Below, in pieces: positions 29,051-37,557 of a stretch of 64,000 bases of DNA. Source of the DNA: a virus; the IMG/VR virus record IMGVR_UViG_3300027816_000081, positions 1-64,000 of that record; one strand, 5' to 3'. Position 1 is the stretch's first letter. Each line of letters begins with the position of its first letter. Both the position numbers and the translations under genes were made by a program. A model generated the notes under the pieces. That model worked only from the letters and a program-made list of their open reading frames with translations, did no database searches and was not told the DNA's origin.

Positions 29051-29466
29051 TCTTCAACCTTTTCAAGCTCTAGTTCGCCGTGAAAATAGATTTCACTGTC
29101 TTCTTGCTCCCAGCCTAGTTCTTCTACTCCGGAGCTCCAATCTTCTTCCCAAGCGTCAATGACTTCCTGTAGTTCTTCTTCTGTTACATTAGGAGAAACA
29201 GTGAACCATTCAGAATTATCACCATCCCAAAAACTATCCATTTCTACTTCTAGAATATTTTCACCGTCTACTAAACCATAAACATCTAACCCTTCATCAT
29301 CGGCATTTTCTAGATCAATTTCGGGCGCTTCATCAGTGGCGGTAGTAAGAGTAACGTTACCTCCGCGCCACCAAACACTATACTGAATTACCTTACCTTC
29401 TTTTGTCCAAAATTCAATTTCTTGAATATTCTTCTTAAATTTGGGCATTAGTGTCCATTTAGCCAT
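29047..29466 (-). CDS. Acidic hypothetical protein
   Basis: ORF with SD GGAG. Confidence 0.6.
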   Translation of the reverse strand: MAKWTLMPKFKKNIQEIEFWTKEGKVIQYSVWWRGGNVTLTTATDEAPEIDLENADDEGLDVYGLVDGENILEVEMDSFWDGDNSEWFTVSPNVTEEELQEVIDAWEEDWSSGVEELGWEQEDSEIYFHGELELEKVEE

Positions 29467-29477
29467 TTATATTCTCC

Positions 29478-30401
29478 TTAGGCTGTTAATTCTACGAGTG
29501 TTGCTGCTAGACTAATCTCAGGGATACCAACGAGAGGAAGATTCGCAAGACCATTACGAATAATAATGATTGCAGCATCTTTGCCTTCATTCGTATTGCC
29601 CCATAGATCAAGGTTCTCATACATCCAGCGATAACAATCTTCAATGCGAGTTGGATACAAACTAATATACTGCATCAACTGTTGACGACCTTCAAGAATC
29701 TTGCCACTCTTGAATAGTTCTGTTGCTGCAACAAGCAATTCATCTTCACCGCTGCCAGTTGACTGCGGCTTGCCTAACTTACCATCAACGCTGTTCTGCT
29801 GTAGTTGATTCAAACATTTGCGAAGATCAGGATAGCAGCCACGAACATAAGTGTCAAGGTCATCAAGATCAAAATCAATGCCCTCAGTAATCAATACTGT
29901 AGCTGCACGAGTTGTGTATTCAGTGATATCGGGCTTAGCGATATGGAATTCTTGACAACGTGACTTCAACGCTGGAATAATCTTGTGCTGATAGTTACAC
30001 GTTAGAATGTACCTAACTGTTTCGTGATATGCTTCCATATCATTACGCAGTGCTGCCTGTGCAGCTTGTGATAGATAGTCAGCCTCGTCAAGCAATACGA
30101 CCTTAAATCTACCAAAAGGCATAGTTTGAACGAATCCATTGATACGTTCACGCATATTGTCAATGCCGTTTTCACGGCTTGCGTTGATTTCTAGAACGTC
30201 AAATTCCTCAACGTCTAGTTCATTGATGAGAACCTTCGCAAGCGTTGTCTTGCCTGTACCTGGATCGCCTGAAAGCAATAGGTGTGGAATAGATTGCTCA
30301 TTGATCCAACGTTGAACGATTGCTTTCTGTGCATCGTCCACGAATACGTAATCATCCACCTTTTTAGGGCGATACTTCTCAACCCACAATTGATTCTTCA
30401 C
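29478..30401 (-). CDS. Clamp loader ATPase subunit (RFC/gp44-like)
   Basis: LWVEKYRPK, GDPGTGKT, EINAS, LLDEADYL, ALKSRC. Confidence 0.93.
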   Translation of the reverse strand: MKNQLWVEKYRPKKVDDYVFVDDAQKAIVQRWINEQSIPHLLLSGDPGTGKTTLAKVLINELDVEEFDVLEINASRENGIDNMRERINGFVQTMPFGRFKVVLLDEADYLSQAAQAALRNDMEAYHETVRYILTCNYQHKIIPALKSRCQEFHIAKPDITEYTTRAATVLITEGIDFDLDDLDTYVRGCYPDLRKCLNQLQQNSVDGKLGKPQSTGSGEDELLVAATELFKSGKILEGRQQLMQYISLYPTRIEDCYRWMYENLDLWGNTNEGKDAAIIIIRNGLANLPLVGIPEISLAATLVELTA

Positions 30402-30404
30402 AGT

Positions 30405-30575
30405 TTAACCCTTCTTAAAAACAGAAGATAACACGGAATCATTGCCAAAGTCAAGATCAAGATTCTCCAAACTGTCTAGGGATTTCTTTAATCTAGTGGC
30501 TATATAGGTAGCTGCCCCTGCTGCAACTAACAGTGCAGCAAGAGCAACCATTTCTTTTGTATTTTTAGTATTCAC
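30405..30575 (-). CDS. 56-aa membrane peptide
   Basis: Manual: ..MVALAALLVAAGAATYIATRLKKSLDSLENLDLDFG.. Confidence 0.45.
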   Translation of the reverse strand: MNTKNTKEMVALAALLVAAGAATYIATRLKKSLDSLENLDLDFGNDSVLSSVFKKG

Positions 30576-30660
30576 TACATTAATTCTTTCTTGTTATAGA
30601 TTAGAGGATGATCGGTACGCCCGTAACGCTCCTCCGATTAGTTTCTCATCCCTAAATCTA

Positions 30661-31029
30661 TCATGCAATAATTTTATCACTCATTGTATAGTCTTGTACT
30701 GGTTCATCACTTATTAATAAAATATCATTTGGATCTACTTTACGGATTACTTTCTCGCCAGTTTCGTCTTCAATTGCTTGACCACGTGACCAGCGACCGT
30801 GTGCTATCATAATATAATCGCCTACTTTAACATCAGTAACTTCCGGCCCAACTGCATAGACCTGCGCCCATCTAGGCCGAATGCCCTGACTTTTCATGTC
30901 ATCGTCTAGGAGAATAAGTCCTCCGCGACTAAGACGCTCTTTAAACTCCATCCCATGAACAAGAATTGTGTCCTTAAGTGGAGTAAGCTTGTTAAATTTG
31001 TGCTTTACTTTGTGTGCCTGATTTGCCAT
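30661..31029 (-). CDS. groES: Co-chaperonin GroES
   Basis: LTPLKDTILV, GGLILL, VYAVGPEVTDVKVGD. Confidence 0.85.
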   Translation of the reverse strand: MANQAHKVKHKFNKLTPLKDTILVHGMEFKERLSRGGLILLDDDMKSQGIRPRWAQVYAVGPEVTDVKVGDYIMIAHGRWSRGQAIEDETGEKVIRKVDPNDILLISDEPVQDYTMSDKIIA

Positions 31030-31034
31030 AATTT

Positions 31035-31493
31035 TTAGTCTTTAGTTGGATCAAAAAAGTCCGGTGCTTCACTTGCTGGTTTAACTCTAATCTTTTTCTT
31101 TATTTCTTCGGCTCTAGATGCTTCTAATGCCTTTGCTGCTTCAACTGCCTTGATAGCTTCAATTTCATTATCTTCTTCGCTAGTATCAAGAAATTCAAGT
31201 TCTTCATCTACTAATTCTGACAAGTCAACCTTAGTTTCTGGAGCAGGGGCTGTTTCAATTGGTGTAAAACTATCTTGCTTACGCTTTACGATATTTGCTG
31301 CCCTGTTACTGACAGTCTTTTGATATTTGTCGCCGACCTTTTTGGTAACAGGCAGAATTACTCTACCCTGACCATCAATAGTATCACCACGAGCATTTAC
31401 GCTCATATTTCCTACTGCACGAGTACGTTCATTCTTTGCAGCAAGTTGTGCCATATCAATGACTTTTCCCTGTGCTGTTCTATACTTTGCCAT
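31035..31493 (-). CDS. Hypothetical protein
   Basis: YRTAQGKVIDM..AVGNMSVNARGD; SD and late promoter upstream. Confidence 0.6.
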   Translation of the reverse strand: MAKYRTAQGKVIDMAQLAAKNERTRAVGNMSVNARGDTIDGQGRVILPVTKKVGDKYQKTVSNRAANIVKRKQDSFTPIETAPAPETKVDLSELVDEELEFLDTSEEDNEIEAIKAVEAAKALEASRAEEIKKKIRVKPASEAPDFFDPTKD

Positions 31494-31533
31494 AACTGAC
31501 TCCTTTCTATTATTTATATATCTAAATAGCTGA

Positions 31534-32043
31534 CTATTTTAAAAATTCATCAATTTCTAGTCCATAATACAACGAATTGATTTTATGGACTCCGATCAAG
31601 AATAGAACAAAACTAGCAACACTAGATCCTCTTCCCACTCCCCAGACAATATTATTGTTTCTCATAGTGTCTACTAGATACTTCAAGTACTTTAACAGAA
31701 CAAACATATCCCTTTCTTGATATAGTAGAAGTTCTTGTCCTGCACGTTGAAGTTCTTCATCAGTTTGGCACTGTCCTAACACAAAATGTGCTATGTCTAA
31801 TTTTTTGTATTCGTCTGGCATGTGCCAGTTACTTTGGCAATCTATATCAAATTGTTCTACTGTACGCTGATCTTCTGTGTATTTGACAATTTTAGGAGTG
31901 TTAGTTAAATCAAGATCGGAATGAAATGAAACATCGTGATCATATAATATAGGTCTGGTAAACTTCATATCAGGATTTTTGAGGTAAATACTCAACAAAT
32001 CCATATCAGAAAATATAATCTGACCATACCTGTCTTTAATCAT
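31534..32043 (-). CDS. Stand-alone fragment homologous to DNA polymerase III alpha (DnaE)
   Basis: WGVGRGSSVASFVLFLIGVHKINSLYYGL matches the DnaE GRGS motif region. Confidence 0.75.
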   Translation of the reverse strand: MIKDRYGQIIFSDMDLLSIYLKNPDMKFTRPILYDHDVSFHSDLDLTNTPKIVKYTEDQRTVEQFDIDCQSNWHMPDEYKKLDIAHFVLGQCQTDEELQRAGQELLLYQERDMFVLLKYLKYLVDTMRNNNIVWGVGRGSSVASFVLFLIGVHKINSLYYGLEIDEFLK

Positions 32044-32079
32044 AATGTTATTATGACACAATATTGTGTAGGATGCAAC

Positions 32080-32640
32080 TTATTTGTTAGCCGTTTCTCT
32101 GAAGGCAAGACCCAAATTTACCCACTCATCGTTGTTGAAAAGACGTATGACCTTTGTATGATCTATGCCACTATCGTTGAAGTTGTTTATTGCTAGGCAA
32201 GGGCTATTCCACCAAAAGTTTCCACTGAGTACATTTTCTGCGGATTCTGCTACTATACTGAAACGTACCCCATCGCTCATTGCGGAACCAATTACCATGT
32301 CCGTAATCTTGAGTCTGTTTTCCATTATTGCGTTAAGTTTCAATAATAGAACCATCGCTAACATTTGATCAAACGGTTCTTCTGGTAGATGACAAATACG
32401 CATGCCGGCAGCACGATATGATAGTGTTTCGTCTTCTAATCTAGCGTTAATCAATAAGCTATTTTGTAGCACATTCTTTAAGAAATGCTCTGCTCTATCC
32501 ATCGCTACGTTTTGTTCATAAATTGAATCTGTTTCAACCAGCATGGATAAAGTGATATCATAGGCGTTCACGTAAAATGCATTTTCAAAATGCAACGCCG
32601 CTAAAAAATTAAAATCAGTTTCAATTCGTGTGCTATTCAT
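32080..32640 (-). CDS. Hypothetical protein
   Basis: Clean ORF in operon. Confidence 0.6.
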   Translation of the reverse strand: MNSTRIETDFNFLAALHFENAFYVNAYDITLSMLVETDSIYEQNVAMDRAEHFLKNVLQNSLLINARLEDETLSYRAAGMRICHLPEEPFDQMLAMVLLLKLNAIMENRLKITDMVIGSAMSDGVRFSIVAESAENVLSGNFWWNSPCLAINNFNDSGIDHTKVIRLFNNDEWVNLGLAFRETANK

Positions 32641-32876
32641 CTATCCGACTGTATGTTAATCTGATTGTTAAGTTTTTGCTTAGCAAATACTTCATCCATC
32701 TTTTTATGATATTGTGTTCTATGACTTTCAAGAACCATTTGTAGTTGGTGAATCAATGCTCCATTCTGTGTTCTATAAGCAAATGTTAGTTTACTCATTA
32801 TGCCACTGATAGAATCCTGCAATTCTTCTATGGTTTTGTCTTGTAAATCATTGCTACTTAAAAAAGGATGTTCCAT
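32637..32876 (-). CDS. Hypothetical protein
   Basis: Short helical ORF. Confidence 0.55.
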   Translation of the reverse strand: MEHPFLSSNDLQDKTIEELQDSISGIMSKLTFAYRTQNGALIHQLQMVLESHRTQYHKKMDEVFAKQKLNNQINIQSDR

Positions 32877-32880
32877 AATA

Positions 32881-34173
32881 TTACCAAGATGTTAGGTTGA
32901 TTCTTTTCCAAATATCAGAACCAACATAGCATGTAGCAATAGCATTTGCAGTTGAGTTACCCAATGTAACTGCTGATCCAGCGACACCGTTGACTCTAGT
33001 TCTACTAATTGTAATATTGCCCGGTGTGTTGCCGTCAGTAGTCTTTACATAATACACTGTATTGGCTACTAATGTAGAGTTAGCTGAATCTACGTTGCCA
33101 GTAAACACAATAGGGGCGTTAACTACGATATTAGCGGTAGTCAACAAAGTGATATTACCGGATACATTTGTTGCTGACATTTCTCTTTGGAAGGCAGATG
33201 AGTTATAGTCATTGGTGCATATATATAGATATGATGCAGGATTAACATACATGTTTCCTGTGCTACCTGCCAAATTAACATTGGCTCCACCAATAGTTGA
33301 CGATACAGTGAAAGTATTACTAGACACTACGTTTCTAACGTAATAGGTTGTTCCACTAGTAATATTGGCTTCAAAGCTAGTTCCAGTGAAGACAACAGGT
33401 AGTTCAGGATACAGTCCTGAAGTGTTGCCTGAAGCTAATGAGAAATAATCTGCTGCATTTGTGCTGGTAACATGCAACTGTGTTACTTCTGTGCTTACTG
33501 CAACAGTTCCATTTACATCGCCAGGCTGACCAGTTGGGGGAGGATCACGAGTGATAATCTGTGTCGCCTGATACGGTCTATTTACTGGGGAAACTGTAAT
33601 CGTATTACCGCAATCAAGTGAGGTAAATGTATATTCTAATACTTGAGAATTAGCCGGAGCAGTGATTGTTGCAGTATTTGAAATATTAGCATAATTCTCT
33701 AAAAGAGTTACGCCGTAGTTGTTATTTGAAGAAATAACTTGGTTGGGTAGTGAAATTACTGCATTAGCATTTGCTACTGCAAGTCTAACTGTTACTGAGC
33801 TTTCAGTATTAATCGGGGCCCAGCTACCAAACTGCAAAGATACGTTAGCCGTTACTGTACCATAATGTACATCTGCTCTGTTAACGTCAACTAGGACAGT
33901 ACCTGAAAGTGCGTTACCTAAATTATAAGTTGTTGCTCTCCATCCTCTTGTACTTGCATTACTAATAAGTGTATTAGCCATGTCATTGTTGAGTACTGAG
34001 TTGTCTAACGCAGCCTTCAACACAGCCTTGTTCTGTAGATCAGTGATCTCCGTAGAAGCCGTGTTTAATCCATTCTTGATTTGTGCAAAGTTATCTCTGA
34101 AACCCTGAGAACTATTGTTCTGGCCGGGTACAGGATAATTAGTGTTGATTCCGTTTGTGTTAATCTGACTCAT
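32881..34173 (-). CDS. Tail/baseplate structural protein
   Basis: YPVPGQNNSSQGFRDNF N-terminus, TYYVRNV repeats, IWKRINL C-terminus. Confidence 0.7.
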   Translation of the reverse strand: MSQINTNGINTNYPVPGQNNSSQGFRDNFAQIKNGLNTASTEITDLQNKAVLKAALDNSVLNNDMANTLISNASTRGWRATTYNLGNALSGTVLVDVNRADVHYGTVTANVSLQFGSWAPINTESSVTVRLAVANANAVISLPNQVISSNNNYGVTLLENYANISNTATITAPANSQVLEYTFTSLDCGNTITVSPVNRPYQATQIITRDPPPTGQPGDVNGTVAVSTEVTQLHVTSTNAADYFSLASGNTSGLYPELPVVFTGTSFEANITSGTTYYVRNVVSSNTFTVSSTIGGANVNLAGSTGNMYVNPASYLYICTNDYNSSAFQREMSATNVSGNITLLTTANIVVNAPIVFTGNVDSANSTLVANTVYYVKTTDGNTPGNITISRTRVNGVAGSAVTLGNSTANAIATCYVGSDIWKRINLTSW

Positions 34174-34194
34174 AATTTTTGTTCCATAATATAT

Positions 34195-36720
34195 TTATCG
34201 TGGATATTGGGTGCGGTTAGGTAAAATTGTAGGTCTCGGGAACAACACATAAAAATCTTTACTATCTAGAGGACTAGGAACCGGTGTCGCACTTGGCAAT
34301 GAAGTCCAAGCAGGCGGAGAAAGATTATTATCATAATTATACGTGTTACTCTTATTAACCGTAAATCTATCAATCTTGAAATTAATTTGATTGAGACGCT
34401 GGATCTGTCCTATAGGATTCTTCCAATTGTTATTGATATTGTTCTTTACAATTTCACTGAACCCGGGTTTAGTGTAGCAGATGACCCAGGCTGGTGTATA
34501 TCCCAATGTTGATCCATTTGCTTGTTGACTAGTCATCCATAGTGGAAGCAAGTTAGTATTGAACTCTTGTCCTAACTCGTCACCAACTTGTTCTCTCATG
34601 TTAGGTAAAGAATTAGGGTAGAGTATTCTTTCGAAACCGGGAGTCAAGCTAGTATAAAACTCTGGCGGAGGACCGTCAGGGCCTTCATAACTAGTATAGA
34701 TATCAGTTTCACTTGTATACCATGGACCCAATTCTAATGGAATAAATCTAGGCCAAAATATTTCTTTACTAACGCTTTCGCCTTCAGGATTAATCAGATT
34801 ATCAATAATACTACTATAAACTACTTCATAGATAATCTCACCAGTTTGCTCGTTTCTGGCTACGGCTGTTTTAATTTCACCTAATGTTAACTGTCTCCAG
34901 TAGTGATTCTTTTCTTGGATAGCCGCAACATATTCTTCAAAATCACTGGCTCTGATACCATATGCATGTTCGTAGATCACGCTGGTTGCTTTACCAAAGT
35001 ATGGATCATTTGGACGATATATGTACTCATTTGGTATCAACGCACTATTATCCAACAATGTGTCTAATAATTCTCTATCTTCTATGCTAGGTGAACATTT
35101 GATATACAACGTGTCAGTAGGATATGCAAACAACTGGTTAACATTTACGGTAAATGTTTGTTCTGCGGCTATAATAGGGAAATTAGGAGAATACGCTCTA
35201 ATTGTGAATGTGAAAGTGGTTGTCTCATTGGGGTAAGTTATAGTAGCATTAGGCTGAAAACTCACTACTCCTGATATTTCTCCAGACGGAAGCAATATCA
35301 AGTTAGGCGGTAATGTACCAGATGATAACTCATACTCTAAAGGCACATCACTTTCGGCACGTACAGCTAACACACTAGTAGTTCCATTAAAAACAGTACC
35401 TAGATCAGATGATGTTATCCAAACGATATCTCCGTCAACCCCGTTACTGACTCTAAAAGAAAAATTAAAGAACGGCGAGATTATTCCTGGATTAGAAACT
35501 TTTCTAACTGCTACGCTGAAACTGAATTCACTTAAGTTATCTGGACTTATGGTTGGGTTACCGGTAACCCAACCAGTAACACTGTTACCTACTAATCCTA
35601 GGGGCAAATCAGCGAATACATATTCTAGTTCACTATCATCAAAATCTTTACCCAACATCTGAAAAGCAAACTCGTTATCACTATTTAATTTTCCAATATA
35701 AGCAAATTGTGAAGGCGAATAGGTTCTACCATTACTGTTAGGAGGGAATAGATAAAAGCTGTAGTCTAAGTTATCATATCGTATATCATATGTCAATGGT
35801 CTAGTGTTTAATATAGTGGGTGTTCTTGAGTTGGGAGGTCTTCCAGGACCACCAATATTTATGGGAGCATTTTGATTTACTACTGTTATTGAGTAAGATT
35901 GAAGTGCCGTACCAAACGCTGAAACTAGTCGTAAAGTAAAGTCATAAGTTTGGATAGTTGGCTCTCCTACCGAAACGTTAGGTAATGACACATCCATATA
36001 TCCTACAGCATTGGCTAACACAACTACCGGGCCGCCTACTGTCGTTGATATAGTGAACGTAGTGTTATTGATCACTTCTCTCACATAATAATTTTGTCCA
36101 GCAACGATTCCTCCTATTACTGAGTTAGTAAATGAGATAGGTCTACCTGGACGAAAACCCAATGTGCTGTACGCCACGATAGTATTATCTAATGTCGCAA
36201 TAGCAGCGGTATTGACAGAGCCTAAGTTTACATTAACTATAGGTGGCTTTGGATAACCTCGTATTAATCCATATTCATTGATTTCTAAGCCCGGCGGAAG
36301 CTGACCCTGAACTAACGCTATTAATACACTAGTGTCATTTATAGGAACACTATATTCAATCGGATATTCTACCCATAAACTGTCATTAGTGACTATTATG
36401 GTTCCGGCAGGTGTAGTAAAGTTGGGGGCATCAATACCAGAAACCAACATGGTAAAAGTTTTATCTCGTAAATTGCCGAGATTGTCTGTTGCCCTAACTG
36501 CAAACGTGTAATTCTGATTAGTAAATACCGGTTCTGTTAATCCATACATTAAGCCAGTTTCGTCTATAGTCACCCCATTTGGTAAGGATCCGCTCAATAA
36601 AGAATACGTTACGGTTGTCGCCGGCAATACAGGTGACGCTGAAAACTGAAATTCAAGAACGGATCCTGATACAAATCCTACCAAATTGCTAGAGATTGTA
36701 TTCCAAATGGGTTGTGACAT
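34195..36720 (-). CDS. Virion/baseplate protein with putative Ig-like repeats
   Basis: YSLLSGSLPNG, GQLPPGL, SGTLPPNL..GEISG, FTIRA. Confidence 0.75.
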   Translation of the reverse strand: MSQPIWNTISSNLVGFVSGSVLEFQFSASPVLPATTVTYSLLSGSLPNGVTIDETGLMYGLTEPVFTNQNYTFAVRATDNLGNLRDKTFTMLVSGIDAPNFTTPAGTIIVTNDSLWVEYPIEYSVPINDTSVLIALVQGQLPPGLEINEYGLIRGYPKPPIVNVNLGSVNTAAIATLDNTIVAYSTLGFRPGRPISFTNSVIGGIVAGQNYYVREVINNTTFTISTTVGGPVVVLANAVGYMDVSLPNVSVGEPTIQTYDFTLRLVSAFGTALQSYSITVVNQNAPINIGGPGRPPNSRTPTILNTRPLTYDIRYDNLDYSFYLFPPNSNGRTYSPSQFAYIGKLNSDNEFAFQMLGKDFDDSELEYVFADLPLGLVGNSVTGWVTGNPTISPDNLSEFSFSVAVRKVSNPGIISPFFNFSFRVSNGVDGDIVWITSSDLGTVFNGTTSVLAVRAESDVPLEYELSSGTLPPNLILLPSGEISGVVSFQPNATITYPNETTTFTFTIRAYSPNFPIIAAEQTFTVNVNQLFAYPTDTLYIKCSPSIEDRELLDTLLDNSALIPNEYIYRPNDPYFGKATSVIYEHAYGIRASDFEEYVAAIQEKNHYWRQLTLGEIKTAVARNEQTGEIIYEVVYSSIIDNLINPEGESVSKEIFWPRFIPLELGPWYTSETDIYTSYEGPDGPPPEFYTSLTPGFERILYPNSLPNMREQVGDELGQEFNTNLLPLWMTSQQANGSTLGYTPAWVICYTKPGFSEIVKNNINNNWKNPIGQIQRLNQINFKIDRFTVNKSNTYNYDNNLSPPAWTSLPSATPVPSPLDSKDFYVLFPRPTILPNRTQYPR

Positions 36721-36728
36721 ATTATTCC

Positions 36729-37355
36729 TTAGTCTGCCAATGCCTTGAGGGCAATATCATAGTGATGCTTTCTGTCCGCAAGACCGATAGTACCACCATT
36801 GATACGTCGAGTTAGCCCTACGAAGTCGCCCTTGTCTGCATAGATATTTAACTTGTTTGCATCCCAATACCATCCAGCACTTGCTACAGCGCCTTCAGGG
36901 GTTTCAAGATATTTAACTGCTTCGTCTAGTGACATACCAATTGATCTTGCAAAACGGGTGTAGTTATCTTTACCAGTCAACTGAATCAATCCACGACCTC
37001 TAAACTTGAATCCATCACCACTTGCTTCTGTTCCGTTGCCCATACGATTTGCATACACTTTGTTAGCAATCTTTTGAGGATTACGGGCATATGCATTTGC
37101 AACAGTAACATTTGGAAATCTCTTTGGCCATGTCTTCATAAGTGCTTTAGCACTATAGTTTAAGCCCTCAGCAGTGAAGTTAAAGCCTCCTGACTCGTGT
37201 GCAATCTGTGCTAAGAATGCAGCCATTCTCTTTGGATTTTCAAATAGATCAAAATGTTCCCCGATCTTATTCAATGGTTCTACATATTTTGCAAGAACCG
37301 TTGCCCTAGTCTTAGGACAAATTTCTCTTAGTAATTCTAATGTTACTTTCCCCAC
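36729..37355 (-). CDS. Glycoside hydrolase family 19 endolysin
   Basis: AAFLAQIAHESGG, YANRMGNG, FRGRGLIQLTGKDNY, TRRINGGTIGLADR. Confidence 0.92.
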   Translation of the reverse strand: MGKVTLELLREICPKTRATVLAKYVEPLNKIGEHFDLFENPKRMAAFLAQIAHESGGFNFTAEGLNYSAKALMKTWPKRFPNVTVANAYARNPQKIANKVYANRMGNGTEASGDGFKFRGRGLIQLTGKDNYTRFARSIGMSLDEAVKYLETPEGAVASAGWYWDANKLNIYADKGDFVGLTRRINGGTIGLADRKHHYDIALKALAD

Positions 37356-37374
37356 CTTATTAGCTCCTTTGTTT

Positions 37375-37542
37375 TTATGGTCTTCCTTGACCTCTGTATT
37401 TCTTATAGTTTCTACGCTTATGCTTATTCATAGTACTGAACTTAATCTGTCCCAAACCAATTGTAGTTCCGCCCTTATGATTTTCACTAAACGAAACTTT
37501 TTGACCTTTGTTTGAACTACCACCTGATTTTACTTTAGCCAT
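37375..37542 (-). CDS. 55-aa highly basic protein
   Basis: Manual: MAKVKSGG...FSTMNKHKRRNYKKYRGQGRP; SD upstream. Confidence 0.65.
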   Translation of the reverse strand: MAKVKSGGSSNKGQKVSFSENHKGGTTIGLGQIKFSTMNKHKRRNYKKYRGQGRP

Positions 37543-37557
37543 TATAATTCCTTTCTA

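Noticed and set aside
30597-30663. TGA followed by a hairpin (possible selenocysteine readthrough of groES)
   Set aside because: TGA is immediately followed by in-frame TAG, so no extension is possible
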